Assembly: GCA_964016885.1 (NCBI GenBank)
Contig: OZ024743.1
Span: 365,552,001 to 365,616,000, forward strand
DNA length: 64,000 nucleotides
From: Eledone cirrhosa
Taxonomy: Eukaryota
Direction of reading: 5' to 3'
How positions within the stretch are numbered: the first letter of the stretch is position 1; each line of letters opens with the position of its first letter. This document shows, piece by piece, positions 41,716-56,062 of the stretch. Both the position numbers and the translations under genes were made by a program. The notes beneath the pieces are model-generated. The model made no database searches, was not told where the DNA came from, and was given only the letters and a program-made list of their open reading frames with translations.

Positions 41716-42233
41716 GTTTGTATGTATGTATGTATGTATGTATGTATGTATGTATGTATGTACCAGTAATGCGCTGGGCCAGTCGCTGGATCGGTGCCAA
41801 AAGCAGAAAAATTATTATTATTAAAGTTGTTTTCTTAAGGCCCGGTCGCTGTTGATGGTGATGGCGGCGGTGATGGTGGTGGTGGCAGTTGATGTTGTTG
41901 TTGTGTTGTGGGCGTGTGTGTATGTGTTTTGTTATTTTGATTTTTTTTTGTTGGTTTGTTGGGGTGGGTGGGGGGGGGGGGGGGGCTTTTTTATCGTTTG
42001 ATGCTGCTGTTGTTGTAAATGTTCATTTCAATTCATTCTGAAGCTGTTGTTGACTCTCTTTTGTTGACTCTGTGGGGATGAAAGGCAAGATTGACCTCGG
42101 CGGGATTTGAGCTGAGAGCGTGGAGAGCCATAGCTCTATGCTGAAAACCAATTATAATAATACTGGACTGTAATACGAACTCTTGAAAGTCAACAGGTGA
42201 CATAATCTTGTAAACTTGTATCAGTAATGACGG

Positions 42234-42279
<46 letters not shown>

Positions 42280-42450
42280 AAGTGAGTAGCGTGTGTGTGT
42301 TTGTTTGTATGTATGAGTGTTGCTGTGTAGCGCGCGTATGTATGCGTGTGTGTGCGCGCGTATGTATGCGTGCGTGTGCGCGTGTGTGTATGTCGTACGT
42401 ATAAGTGTCAATAAGTGAGTTTTTTTGTTTTGTTTTTTTTTGCGCGCGCG

Positions 42451-45400
42451 CGGGGACATAGAAATAATCGGGCTGGATGCCCGATCGCGCAGTTAAACCA
42501 CTGGGAGTGAAGAACCCCTAGCCCTTGTCATGGTATTCTTCTAGGAGAAGGCATCTCAGGAAACTGGGTTAACTCCGACATAAAACCTGCGGCTCAGTAG
42601 TTACCGATGATGTTGATTTTTTCTTCTTTTCGGGTTATAGCTACTGTCGCTCAGAGAGTGGAATTGGCTGAGTGCACAGTCTTTCCTCACTTTAAAAATA
42701 TTCGTCACGCACAGGCATTGCACGATTGCATTAATTAATAATTATCAATAGTGTATTAGACGCATTGAGTTACGGCCCTTGCCATTCTGAGTTCAAATCC
42801 CGCCGAGGTTAACTTTGCCTTTCATCCTTACGGGGACGATAAAATAAAGTACCAGTAATACACTGGGTATTTGCTGGCCTTGTGCCAAAAGTAGAAACAA
42901 TTATTATTATTATTGTTACTATTATTATTACTTTTTTTTTTTTTTTTTTTTTTCTTCCAATTCAATGATGTTCCAGAACAATATAAAAGAGATAATTGGC
43001 AATTTAGGTTCTGGAACAAAAAAGATAATTGGCAATAAGGACAGGTGCCCCAGGTTATCACAGCCTGAGCCCGTTCGTCATCGTGCCATTGTAATAGAGC
43101 CAAACAAGGCATTTAGTCTTGGGTGCTGGAACGTACGGACGCTGCTTGACAGAGATTCCTTGGAGCGTCCTGAACGAAGGACCGCTCTTGTTGCAATGGA
43201 GCTTCGACGTTACGATCTTGACATCGTTATCTGAGACGAGGTTAGCTGGAGATGGTCATCTTACAGAATTTTGTGGAGAATATACATTCTTCTGGAAAGG
43301 AAGAGATGAAGGAACCAGAAGAGAGGCTGGGGTAGGATTTGCTGTTAAGACTGTTCTTGTGAATAAATTAGAAGAATTCCCAGTAGGGATTAGTGAGCGT
43401 CTTATGACCATGAGAATTCCGCTGGACAAAGGAAGATATGCGACCCTGGGGAGTGTGTATGCTCCAACTATGAATTCTGTCGATGAAGAAAAAGTGTCCT
43501 TTTACCATGCCTTGAAAGGTATTTTAAGAAATATCCCTCAGGCAGACAAACTCATCGTGCTTGGTGACTTTAATGCTAGAGTGGGTAGGGATTTCAACAC
43601 ATGGAATGTAATCGGAAGGCACGGGGTGGGAAAGTGTAACAACAATGGTATGCTCCTGCTGCAGATGTGTGAGGAGCTGGATCTGTGTGTTACCAACACC
43701 ATGTTCCAACAAAAGAACAAATTCAAGACCACATGGATGCATCCTGCATCTAAGGAATGGCATCTGTTGGACTACGTCCTAGTCAGGATGCGTGACAGAC
43801 AGGATGTGCAGTGTGTTCGTGCTCTTCGTGAAGCTCGGTGCTGGACGGACCACCGCCTGGTACGCGCAAAAGTAAAACTAATCACTAAACGTAAAATCCG
43901 GGCTCTTGGTGTTGCCCTGCCCAAAAGATTGAATGCTGCTCGTCTTAAGGATAAAAATGTGAAGAGGACATTGGAAGAAGAGATGCCGGCTGCAGATCTT
44001 GGTGAGGATTGGTCGACCCTTAAAAATTCGGTTTATGATGTAGGCAGGCGTGTTCTGGGATTGGCGCAGAGAAAACATCAGGACTGGGTTAATGAGAATG
44101 ATGTACATATAGAAGACTTGTTGGCTGATAAAAGGCGTGCTCTGTCACGCTACTTGACTGCAAAACCACAGGAGAGGAATACGTTGCATGAGGAACTCAA
44201 GGATGTAAAATCACGTGTTAGGCGGAGTCTTTCTCAGATGAAGGATCACTGGTGGAGTGAGAAGGCTGGTGAGATACAAACTGCGTCAGATTCCAATAAC
44301 ACAAAGCTGTTGTACAGTCTCTTGCGTGAGATTTATGGACCGTCTTCTTCTCTGGTGACACCGCTTCGCAGCAAGGATGGCAAAGAACTTCTTCGCGACT
44401 CACAAGGAATTCTACGAAGGTGGCGAGAGCACTTTGATCATCTTTTGAATCAGCCGTCTGTCGTCAGTGAAGATTTCCTCAATCTCATTCCAGAAAGTCC
44501 TGTGAAAGTAGCTCTCGCAGAACCTCCGACGCTTGTGGAGGTTGCAGTGGCTATCTCCAAGCTGAACAGTGGAAGGTCTCCAGGTATGGATGGCATACAG
44601 GCTGAGCTCCTACAATATGGTGGTGAGAGACTCCTGCAACATCTTCACTCTTTGTTTGGCAGGGTATGGGCTAATGAATCCGTACCTGAGGACTGGAGAG
44701 ATGCAGTAATGGTGGTCTTGTACAAGGGAAAGGGTAACAGGAATGATTGTGGGAACTACAGAGGTATATCATTGCTTTCTGTCGTAGGGAAAGTTTTATG
44801 TAGGGTGCTTCTGGACCGTCTGCTGACACACATTGCAGATTGTGTTCTTCCTGAAAGTCAATCTGGTTTTCGTGCTGGACGCGGCACTACTGATATAATC
44901 TTCTCAGCTAGACAGCTCCAGGAGAAGTGTAGGGAACAAGGTTTGGATCTGTATCAGGTTTTTGTCGATCTGACAAAAACTTTCGATAATGTTAACAGAA
45001 ATGCATTATGGAAGGTTCTCCAGAAACTTGGTTGCCCTGATAAGTTCCTTGCTTTAGTTAGGTCTTTCTATGACGACATAAAGGCTTGGGTTAATGTCGG
45101 AGGTAACATGTCGGAACCTATCTCAGTAAAAAATGAAGTGAAACAGGGGGATATTCCAGCACCGACCCTGTTTGCCATATACTTTGCAATGGTTTTCTGT
45201 ATTGCATTCAGGAATTGCGAGCATGGTGTTTACATCCGATATCGCACCTCAGGCAGCATATTTAACATCAGGCGGTTTGCTGCAAAGACAAAAGTATTTA
45301 CATCAATCATAAGAGACCTCTTGTATGCAGATGATTGCGATCTTGTAGCGCACACAGAGAGTGATATGCAGCACATTTTGAATGCATTTTCTGACGCTTG

Positions 45401-46656
45401 CACTGCCCTAGGATTGACTGTCAGTCTCAAGAAAACCGTCGTCATGTACCAACCTGCCCCTGGTAAGCAGTACACTGAACCAAATATCTATGTGTATGGT
45501 AAACGACTTGGAGTGGTTGATCAGTTTGTCTACCTGGGAAGCACTGTCAATCGATACAGCAACGTTGATAGTGAAATCTCACTTAGGATTAGGAAAGCAA
45601 GTGATGCTTTCGGAAAGCTAGAAAGGCGACTTTGGGGTCGGCGAGACATATGCAAGAAGACAAAGGTAAATGTGTACAAGGCATGTGTGCTCTCTTGTCT
45701 TCTTTATACCTGCGAGACATGGGTCAAATATTGACACCACCTTAAGCAATTGGAGCCTTTCCATCAGATGTGTCTCAGACGGATCCATGGCGTTCACTGG
45801 AGGGACCACATCAGTTATGTCGAGATTTTGGAAACCTCTATGTGTGACAGTATAGAAACTCTTGTGCTTAAGCAACGACTCCGTTGGAGTTGTTACTTTG
45901 CCAGGATGAAGGATTCTAGAATACCAAAACATCTCTTTTATGGAGAGTTAGTTAAAGGAAAACGACCGCCACATAAATCAAAAAAGAAGTATAAGGATTC
46001 CTTGAAAGCCTCTTTGAAAGACGCTAACATCTCTGCTGATACATGGGAAAATGTTGGTGCTGATCGTAATAAATGGAGAAAAACTGTATATGAGGGAAAA
46101 ATTGCCTTTGAGGCATCTCGAATCGCATACGAGAAAGTAAAGCGGGATGTGAGGAAGGGCATTGCTGGTGCACTTCCAGACGGCGAGGGTCCTCCTATGG
46201 TGCTGACATGCAGCGACTGTGCGAGACTCTGCCTAAGCAAAGCTGGACTCGAAAGTCAACTTCGCAGTCATAAAGTAAGACCAGTGGTTGACTACCAGGC
46301 TGCTCTTGGAGATGCTACTCATCATGCTTGCCAAACATGTGGTAGAGAATGTAAATCAGCAGGAGAGCTCAAGCGACACGCAAAAGTACATGAACCACAG
46401 CCGGCTATTCCCAGTGAATGTTTTGGTTGCCGACTCTGTGCAAGACATTTTAGATCATTGGCTGGGCTAAAAAGCCACATTCGCAGCGCTGTTAGTTGCT
46501 ATCGTGTGTGTGTGTGTATAGATATGTTTATATGTGTGCGTGTGTGTGTATATATATATGTATATGTATATTATTATTGCTGTTGTTGTTGTTATTATTG
46601 TTGTTGTTATAATTATTATTATTGTTATTAATATATATGTATATATATATCTATGT

Positions 46657-46697
<41 letters not shown>

Positions 46698-46755
46698 TTT
46701 TTTTTTTTCTTGTGCAATGGCCATACTCGATAACGAGGAGGCAGCCATCATCATG
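42451..46755 (+). mobile_element. Near-full-length RTE-clade LINE
   Basis: 5' UTR 42451-42750 (interrupted by a SINE at ~42760-42915), single APE-RT ORF, 3' tail tggccatactcgataacgaggaggcagccatcat followed by (TATG)n. Confidence 0.9.
42965..46500 (+). pseudogene. RTE ORF: APE endonuclease + reverse transcriptase + three C2H2-like fingers; one frameshift (~43225) and one in-frame TGA (45732)
   Basis: GCWNVRTL, LSETRL, VYAPT, GDFNARVG, LDYVL, TDH, NYRGISLL, QSGFR, KQGD, LYADD, YLGS, LYGEL. C-terminal CxxC...H motifs. Confidence 0.93.
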
Positions 46756-46809
46756 TATGTATGTATGTATGTATGTATGTATGTATGTATGTATGTATGT
46801 ATGTATCTT

Positions 46810-46850
<41 letters not shown>

Positions 46851-46892
46851 TTATATATATATATATATATGCATATATATATATATATGTGT

Positions 46893-46935
<43 letters not shown>

Positions 46936-47059
46936 CGTGTGCGTATCTGCGTGCCTGTGTGTTTGAGTGTGTGTACCTGTGTTTATGTCACATAAGTTAG
47001 TGGTTATAGATAAAAAGAGATGGATAAAACAAATAAAAGACTGAAAAGAATAAAATAGT

Positions 47060-48300
47060 AAAATAATTTCATGAACGATGTTAAAAAGCTGCATGAATGG
47101 ATGTTAAGAGGTTTAATATTTGGATACTGTTACAAGGACGTTCTACAGAATGTCACTTCTAATAGAACTATGGAACCAAATTGGTTTGCGAAGCACGGGG
47201 AAATCTTGCAGACAAGAATGAAAATGCCTACTTGGAATAATGTGGCTCGTTGCTTGCTTAAAAATTATGTATAAACTTTGCATAAGCTGCTCCAATTAAT
47301 GTCTTCATGGCCATCGTGAGTTTAACAATTTAGGAAGTAGCAGACAGATGGAAAAATAGTGTATGGTGATGTGGAGAACAACTTTTAATCAATAAAACTC
47401 TATCGTCTAAAGTAAGAAAATGTCGGAGAAATTTTGTGTGAACATAGCTTGCTTATAGAATGACATTCGATTCCATTTCTCTCTCACGGTTACACAAGCA
47501 CTGCACTTGATACACGTGCCTGCTGCATTAGTCGCTGCGACATAGATACTCAAAGATATATGGTTATCCTTCCTCTTATAAATGAAAGTAGAACGGTTGT
47601 TTCTAATAAAATAAATCTTTGAAAATAAATATTCCCAGGGGACTATCTGTCAGCGCTTCTCTTTATTTTGTCAGTAAATCCATTTTTATTTGTTTTTACA
47701 AAAATCCCTGATTGTATGTTAAAGTTTACATCTGCTAGAACACTAATGTATTTCATAATTTATTTGTTGACGATCTATAGATCGATACTAAAAATATTTA
47801 CTATACAGAGAAACAACTGAATCTAATAACATTTACATTTGATGTAGAGATAGAATTTAGCCAAAAGAAATATTCATAATAGATGAAGGTTCAGAAATTG
47901 CTTCTCACATCCCAAACCTTTACATCAATGGTTTTTCTATCTCCCACATTCCATACAATGTTACATATATATTTTCATGTAAATGCAGGAATAACGACCA
48001 AAGAATATTATACCATACTTTAAAATAATAAAAGTTTGAAATTTCCGCATACAAGACAATTTCTCAGAATGCATTTGTAATACAAATGTTGATATCATAT
48101 GCTGGTTCTATAGAGGAATCCACAGGAAGTTTCCATAGCAATAGTGATATTAAAATGCTCTATCTCAGAAGAAAAGACTGGTGGCTCAATATTGGTCCAA
48201 AAAGCTTCTCTGTGTCATATGGCATCACTCAGACAACATCTGAAAAACAATATCTAAAACCAGCAAATACATCGAAAGAGTAGAGAAACAATAACTGCCA
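47060..48300 (+). mobile_element. Highly degraded R4/Dong-like LINE RT fragment
   Basis: Remnants IFPGDYLSALLFILSVNP, HNLFVDDL and MLYLRRKD, with many disruptions. Confidence 0.6.
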
Positions 48301-48644
48301 TTTCAACTCAGTTCTCAATCCACATTCATATTCCTAACTTCCAGAACTTTGCAACCGGCCGATAACCAAGTAGCAAGCCTCTCCATTATGTACATTAAAA
48401 CCACCAAAACCATCACCACCAGTGCCATCAACGCCAACACCAACACCATTCTCTTTCCCCATACACACTCTCCTCCTTCTCATCATTATTATCATCATCA
48501 TCACCATTATCAAAAATCTTTATCAGATTCCCTAACTCACAATCTTAAAATTTAAATACAAATATATAAACATGAAAGAATTACATATCTATACACATGC
48601 TGTAAAGGAAAATCTACACACACACGCACACACACACACACACA

Positions 48645-48732
<88 letters not shown>

Positions 48733-48989
48733 ACACCACACACACACACACACAGACACAGAAACACGCGTAAAGAAAATACGAAAAATATAAATAATAA
48801 AACAAATAAAAACAAAAAACAATAACATATTTCAGAAGATCATAGAGGGCTGTTTTGACCTTTCCCAGAGTTGTCTACGCTGTCCAGAGCCCAGACTTTA
48901 CAAACAAGACTTGTGGTGACCTTTGTCGTTACCTTTCCAATTTTTATATATAAGAAAAAATGATAATAGATAATGTGATGTTTGAAGTG

Positions 48990-49635
48990 TAGGCTGGTTG
49001 GCTGGTTGGCTGATTCACTAGTTAGCAGGTTGGTTGGTTGGCTGGTTGGTTGGTTGGCTGGTTGGATGGTTGGTTGGCTGGTTGGCTGGTTGGCTGGTAG
49101 GCTGGTTGGCTAGTTGGCTGATTGGCTGGTTGGCTGGTTGTCAGGATGGGTGGTTGGCTAGTTGGCTGGTTGGCTGGTTGTCAGGTTGGCGGGTTTGCTA
49201 TTTGGCTGGTTGGCTGGTTAGCTGGTTGTCAGGTCGGCATGTTGGCCGGTTGGCTGGTTGGCTGGTTGGCTGGTTGGCTAGTTGGCTGATTGGCTGGTTG
49301 GCTGGTTGGATGGCTGGTTGGTTAGCTGGTTGCCTTGTTGGCTGGTTGGCTGGTTGCCTTGTTGCTTTGTTGGCTGATCGGCTGGTTGGCTAGTTGCCTT
49401 GTTGTCTAGTTGGCTTCTTGTGTAGTTGGTTAATTGGTTGTTGGCTGGTTGTCTGGGGGTTAGTTGTTGGTTTGTTTGGTTAGTTTCTTAGTCTGGTTGG
49501 TTCGCTTATTAGCTTGTTAGCTGGTAGGTGGCAGGCTAGTTAGCTGGTAGGTGGCAGGCTAGTTAGCTGGTTAGTTGGTTGACGGTTGCCTAGTTGTCAG
49601 GTTGTTTAGTTAGTTGGCTGGTTGGTTGGTTTGTT
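48990..49635. repeat. (GGTT/GGCT)n degenerate minisatellite
   Basis: Alternating ggtt/ggct tetramers over ~650 bp. Confidence 0.9.
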
Positions 49636-50602
49636 TATTGTTGGATTTTTTTTACTATATAGTCGGGTAAGGAAAGGCAGTGCACATAACTATTCTCAAC
49701 GTCTCCCAAAATGTTGAGAGAGAGGAATGTTTCAAACAGAGTGAGTTCTGTTAAAATAGGTTGTAATGTCAGACAGTAATGCGAGTAATATTTATTCTAG
49801 TTCTCTGTGTTCTGTGTTCAAATCTCACCGGGTACTATTTTACTTTTCATCCCTTCAGGGCCAATAAAGAAAGTACCACTACAGTATTGCCGTACTCTTC
49901 CTCTAGCTATTACATACTGAATATTTTACTTGGTCAAGAGTGAGAGTGTTGAGTAGCCGTCAACATCTGCTAGTTACTATATAAACACCGAAAACAATTA
50001 GAGAAAGTATATTACATACTACAAAGTTATTTCCAGTTGCGAGTGACGGTCGAAGTATTTTACAGTATTTAGAGAAACCAGATATATCAGTAAACGAAAT
50101 GAGATATTGTTAACTAAATTGAATTTGTATCCTTCACAAAGAAGTCAAGCACCTAAACTACTAGGTTACGCTATTACCCCGAAAAAGTGCCATAATTCGA
50201 TTTAGACACCTAAACATTTTGAAAGATTGACTTAATGGCATGTTGAGTGTGACAGCATTTCAATTTAAGTTTTTCTGACAGTAGACAAAATGTTGAATAA
50301 AAGGTTTTCTCTGCTTGTCAAAGCTTCCTTGAAACAGCAGTCACTTTATATAGGTGACAGAGAAAGCCTTATGCTTATGAATTTCACAAAGTGTTTCTTT
50401 ACATATGGTGCTCGATGAAGAAAAGCAACTCTGTAATTGAGAGAGTATTCAATAGGTATCTAACAAGCAAAAGGAACAAATAGGTATCTAACAAAATAGC
50501 TAATTACAAACTTGGAAGTTAGGCTTGATTGATTTTACTCACACACCTCATTGAAGTAGAATATGAAATAAAAACTTAATTGAGTTCTACAGCGTAATGT
50601 AA

Positions 50603-50970
50603 TAATTGTTTCGACGTTTGGCACAAGGCCAGCAATTACCTCAGTGTATTACTGGTACTTTATTTTATCGACCCCGTAAGGAGGAAAGGCAAAGTTAACC
50701 ACGGCCGGATTTGAACTCAGATAATTGTTTCTACTTTAGGCACAAGGCCAGCAATTACCCAGTGCATTACTGGTACTTTATTTTATCGACCCCGTAAAGA
50801 TGAAAGGCAAAGTCAACCTCAGCGGGATTTGAACTCAGATCGTAAAGGGACGTAACTATGCTGGAAAGCATGGCGTCCGACCCTCTACCGATACTGCCAA
50901 TCCAAAAAGCCGTAACTTTATGCTGCAAAGCATGGTGTCTGATCTTCTACAGATACCGCCAATCCACCGC
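50603..50970 (-). mobile_element. Cluster of three nested or tandem SINE copies (family of 8202)
   Basis: Reverse-complement SINE segments at 50603-50720, 50721-50900 and 50905-50970. Confidence 0.85.
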
Positions 50971-51383
50971 TTGTAATGTAATAAAAGTTCAGGATTTGTA
51001 TTTATAGGTAAAAAGCAAGAGAAAGAATTGAGACTCACAGGAATAAATTATATATTTTATTGTCCCTGGTATACGATTTTTTATGTGAAGATAATTATGA
51101 GGCTTGAAATGAGAATCATTAATCGAGAATGGTGTTTACTATATTTGAATTTAGAAAATATATTATTAAATGAATACGCATCAAGACCCCCCCCCCCCCC
51201 CCAATATATATATACAGTATATATATATATATAATAGAACAAATTTGGTAAAAATATCCAAGGAACACTCAGTCAATATGACGAGTTAAATAAGATTAAT
51301 TACAACAATGACATATATAGGTACTTACGTTTCTTTGTGTTATATGGGAGTAGCCATCTTTGTTTATACTGTAACCTAATTAT

Positions 51384-51494
<111 letters not shown>

Positions 51495-52001
51495 TGATGT
51501 TAAACTCCGCCAGTTGCAGACTGCGCATTAACATGTGACATCTCTCTCCAAAAAGTTCGATCACCAGCAGCGGAGTTCAAAGAGCAAAGATCAAGTTCAA
51601 TCCATAAATTGACATTGTCAAGCCATCGTTTTGGCTGCCGGCCTCTGCTTCTCTTACCAGTCAACCTTCCTTCCAGGCATAACCTATTCACACCACGCGT
51701 TGATCTTTTTATATGGCCGTATAGGTTGAGTACTCTTGACTTGACAATTGATGTAATTGGTCTAAGTTTGGTAATGTTCAGCAGTTCACTGATAAGGTCG
51801 CTGAGCCGCTTGCCAGTCATAAGTCTCATGATGTGTTTCTGGAATGTAGAGAGCTTCTGAAGTGACCTTGTCGTCCAATTAACACAGTCAAGACCATATA
51901 ACACAACTGGTAAGATGTAAGTATAAAAGATTTTAGCCTTCAAACGATAGGAAACTCGTTTTAATGTTAGTACTTCCTTGTTCTTGTTGAAAGCTGCCCA
52001 A

Positions 52002-52003
<2 letters not shown>
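51495..52003 (-). mobile_element. 5'-truncated LINE 3' fragment (RTE-like RT C-terminus)
   Basis: GWAAFNK...LKAKIFYTYILPVVLYG...LYGHIKR...GKRSRGRQPKRWLD. Flanked by (TA)n. Confidence 0.8.
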
Positions 52004-52058
<55 letters not shown>

Positions 52059-52564
52059 CATTGAGTTAGAAACTCAAAATAGTCTTTTACAATTAAATAG
52101 CTCAAAGAAGGGAATCTTTCCGAGCCGTGTAATATAATCGAATATATGAGAGAGATGAACACCGATATAAGTATACATGTATTCCAATTGCAAATGACCA
52201 AGTTAGCTAGGTTAAAAAAATACTAATTTAAAACAATATGGTTTGCCTGACTCGATTTAAAGTAATAAATCAATAAAAATAACAAACCTATATCGGGCAA
52301 CAGCCTTTGATATCCAGACAGACCTAAATCTGCTTCGCAAGAATTATTAAGTGAAAGCCACCATTCCTGTGCTCTTCAGTAATATCCGGAAATTAATACC
52401 TTTCACTTCAAATGATCTAAGAAGACTGAACGATATGCTGATATAAAAGCACATGTTGCAGCGCCTAGCGCGTCTCATACTCATGCCGCTAAAAATAGCA
52501 GCTGGGTTAATGAGACTAAAGTTAGCTCTATGTAAGGAGCCGAGAATATCTTACATTGAGTTAG

Positions 52565-52645
<81 letters not shown>

Positions 52646-52919
52646 TATATATCGTATATTTTCATTAGGTCTGACAGTTGGCCGGTAAGTATACAGTACT
52701 GATGAAGGGTAATCACCCAGAAACATTAGTGCCTTAATGCCAACACAAGAGCAAGAATGACGAGGTCATTCTATTGACATGGTTTAAAGATGGTGTTTAA
52801 ATAATTTCAAACAAATCGAATATTATTATTAATATTCTAAAAATTCAGATTACATTTATTGTATTCAGCCATGTAGAGCGATAAAACTATTTGTTAGTTA
52901 TTATATATATATATGCAAT

Positions 52920-53011
<92 letters not shown>

Positions 53012-53070
53012 CACATATTTATATATATATATGAGAGTATTGAAGTTTGCTTGAAGCATTGTGGAATAAT

Positions 53071-53890
53071 AAGGTAAATTTCTTTAAGTCGTTTGGAAGC
53101 CTCGACAATGCAGATGGGTAAATCTCCGGGTAACAAGATCCGGTGGTGGAGAGAGAGATGTAAGTGGGTGTACGTTGAGATGCGTGGCGTGTATAAGACT
53201 GTAGCGTGTAGAGGAATGAAGGAAAGGGCGTAAAGGATAAAAATAAAAATAACAACACGAGAAAGAGTTACCTTGGGAGAGATTTAATTGTCCCTATATA
53301 TTTCGGATTCACATCCATCAACTGGGTTTTTTCCGTGGGGGGGGGGGTCTGTCGGAAAGGTGCGAAACGTGTCCTCCGCTGTTCGTTGTTTTGAATATCT
53401 GAGGTATTCCTATCTGTAGACGTTCAAGCTGAAATATCAACAGTATTGATCTCACCATCCTGAGAAGGTCTGTAATGCTGATGGACAGGTGAATATTGCC
53501 GAACTGAAATATGTCGAGCATCTATCAAAGAAGGAATTTCAAACTGCTGAATACCTCAGATATTCAAAACAACGAACAGCAGAGGACACGTTTCGCACCT
53601 TTCCGACAGACCCCCCCCCCCCCCGAAAAAAACCCCAGTTGATGGATGTGAATCCGAAATATATAGGGACAATTAAATCTCTCCCAAGGTAACTCTTTCT
53701 CGTGTTGTTATTTTTATTTTTATCCTTTACGCCCTTTCCTTCAATCCTCTACACGTTACAGTCTTATACACGCCACGCATCTCAACGTACACCCACTTAC
53801 ATCTTTCTCTCCACCACCGGATCTTGTTACCCGGAGATTTACCCATCTGCATTGTCGAGGCTTCCAAACGACTTAAAGAAATTTACCTTA
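53071..53890. mobile_element. Fold-back element, ~340-bp arms with an ~140-bp spacer; spacer re-copied inverted at 54648-54782
   Basis: 53071-53408 is the reverse complement of 53549-53890, giving the duplicate ORFs 53019..53258 and 53702..53911. Flanked by (TA)n. Confidence 0.88.
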
Positions 53891-53908
53891 TATGTATATA
53901 TATATATA

Positions 53909-54160
53909 TAACACACAAAAACAAGATGGCGTAGGACAGAACAAAGGAGCGGCACAAAACAAAGAAAAGAATCCCCAGTCACTGAAGAGGTCACAGAATG
54001 TGTGACGAAAGAACTTTCACAATATATGAACAACCGTCCGGTTGTGGAACCAACCAACCAATCGGAAATTTATAAATTTAATTTATAATAAATTGGAGTG
54101 AAAGCAACTGGTGCGTGTGTTTCTTATTGGCAACATGACCCTCCCAAAGTATAACAATAT
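53909..54160 (+). mobile_element. Solo PLE pLTR (family of 29860) with a degenerate HHR at 53978-54020
   Basis: GTCA-CTGAAGA-GGTCACAGAATGTGTGAC-GAAA-GAAC-TT-TCAC. Confidence 0.8.
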
Positions 54161-54216
54161 ATATATTTATTAAATTCAAAGGGTATATATTTCATCTAAT
54201 GATTCTTTGGACTTAC

Positions 54217-54278
<62 letters not shown>

Positions 54279-54339
54279 TTTAGACATAAACTAGGTAAAT
54301 ACGTATATATATCTGCATGTTGTTTCTGTTAGCTACCTG

Positions 54340-54441
<102 letters not shown>

Positions 54442-54453
54442 GTCTCTATCTAT

Positions 54454-54487
<34 letters not shown>

Positions 54488-55076
54488 CGCTTGATGGAAA
54501 TTTAGAAAATAATAAAACTAGAAGAACATACAATCAAAGATAAATTGGAGATGATAGAAACCGAATGCAGATATCGACAAAATATATAACACGACTATAC
54601 ACTCACTCAAATATTTCATATGTCCTCAATTCATATTTCAATACACAATTTGAAATTCCTTCTTTGATAGATTCTCGACATATTTTAGTTCAGCAATATT
54701 CACGTGTCCATCAGCATTACAGACCTTCTCAGGATGGTGAGATCAATACTGTTGATATTTCAGCTTGAACGTCTACAGATAGATATCAGTAAACGTGGCT
54801 ATCAAGATTCCGTACGGAATGTCACTAACAAATGTCACTTTGAAGCTTTGCTACCAAGATAAAATGCAATGGGATGGATCAAACATGCAACCACGTGATT
54901 GCAAAGCAAACTTCTCATAAATACAACCAGGTTTGCACACATATATGTATACAAAATGTAACTAATTTTTAAATTAGATTAGCCAAATTACTGCCTTTAG
55001 TTTTCTGATAGTCAATAAATATAAATTTTGGAAAATATTTTGCCCGTACGAATAATCAACGCGTATTAATACACTG

Positions 55077-55152
<76 letters not shown>

Positions 55153-55162
<10 letters not shown>

Positions 55163-56023
55163 CGTTCCTTCACGCACAAGGCGCCAGGGTACGCATGTAT
55201 TGTCCAACCAAATGCCAGTGTAGTTCAATGGCGGGTTAATAAATTAACGGGCCAGAACAAATATAAACAAGGTTTAGTAAATAATGAAAAAGTTTCAAAA
55301 TAAATTTTAAAAAATTGACTTTACCTACTATAGTTACCTTTACCGATCGGTTTCGAATCCCAAAAATAAAACGGAGACCATACGGCCTTCGTTGCAAAGA
55401 AAGATTCTCGTCAGAAGGTTCTTTTCATTCAAAGAATATAAAATTCCTGAATTTAAATCACAAACTAGCGCTATCAAAAACTGTTCCTGGGATGAGAGTG
55501 GATGATGTAGAACAGGTCTATCAAGGGCCGTAGCAAAGATAGAGGCAAAAGTTCTGGCCCGTTAATTTATTAACCCGCCATTGAACTACACTGGCATTTT
55601 GTTGGACAATACATGCGTACCCTGGCGCCTTGTGCGTGAAGGAACGTATTTCATATTACTACTACCTCCACTAACGTTCAGAACAAATCTGGTCATTCCG
55701 ACTGCTGCTAGCAATAGCTGTGGCTAGTTTGACCTACCTCCTTTTGCCTCTATCTTTGCTACGGCCCTTGATAAACCTGTTCTACATCATCCACTCTCAT
55801 CCCAGGAACAGTTTTTGATAGCGCTAGTTTGTGATTTAAATTCAGGAATTTTATATTCTTTGAATGAAAAGAACCTTCTGACGAGAATCTTTCTTTGCAA
55901 CGAAGGCCGTATGGTCTCCGTTTTATTTTGGGGATTCGAAACCGATCGGTAAAGGTAACTATAGTAGGTAAAGTCAATTTTTTAAAATTTATTTTGAAAC
56001 TTTTTCATTATTTACTAAACCTT

Positions 56024-56030
<7 letters not shown>
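55153..56030. mobile_element. Interleaved inverted-repeat element A-B-A'-C-B' carrying two HHRs
   Basis: A 55153-55258 / A' 55551-55656; B 55260-55551 / B' 55741-56030; near-identical arms. Flanked by (TA)n. Confidence 0.88.
55873..55956 (+). ncRNA. Type I hammerhead ribozyme (inverted copy at 55336-55419, minus strand)
   Basis: ACCTT-CTGACGA-GAATCT...GGATTC-GAAA-CCGATCGG-TA-AAGGT. Confidence 0.88.

Positions 56031-56062
<32 letters not shown>

Noticed and set aside
45732-45734. Single in-frame TGA in the RTE ORF as selenocysteine or readthrough
   Set aside because: The context W-V-K-Y-*-H-H matches a position that is usually Arg, so CGA>TGA CpG decay is simpler. The copy also has a frameshift.
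52692-52735. CTGATGA-agggtaatcaccca-GAAA core
   Set aside because: Stem II is good, but there is no convincing stem I, stem III or UH site.
55315-55977. Two identical 72-aa ORFs on opposite strands
   Set aside because: They result from the B/B' inverted duplication, are antisense to the HHR, and have a non-ATG start.
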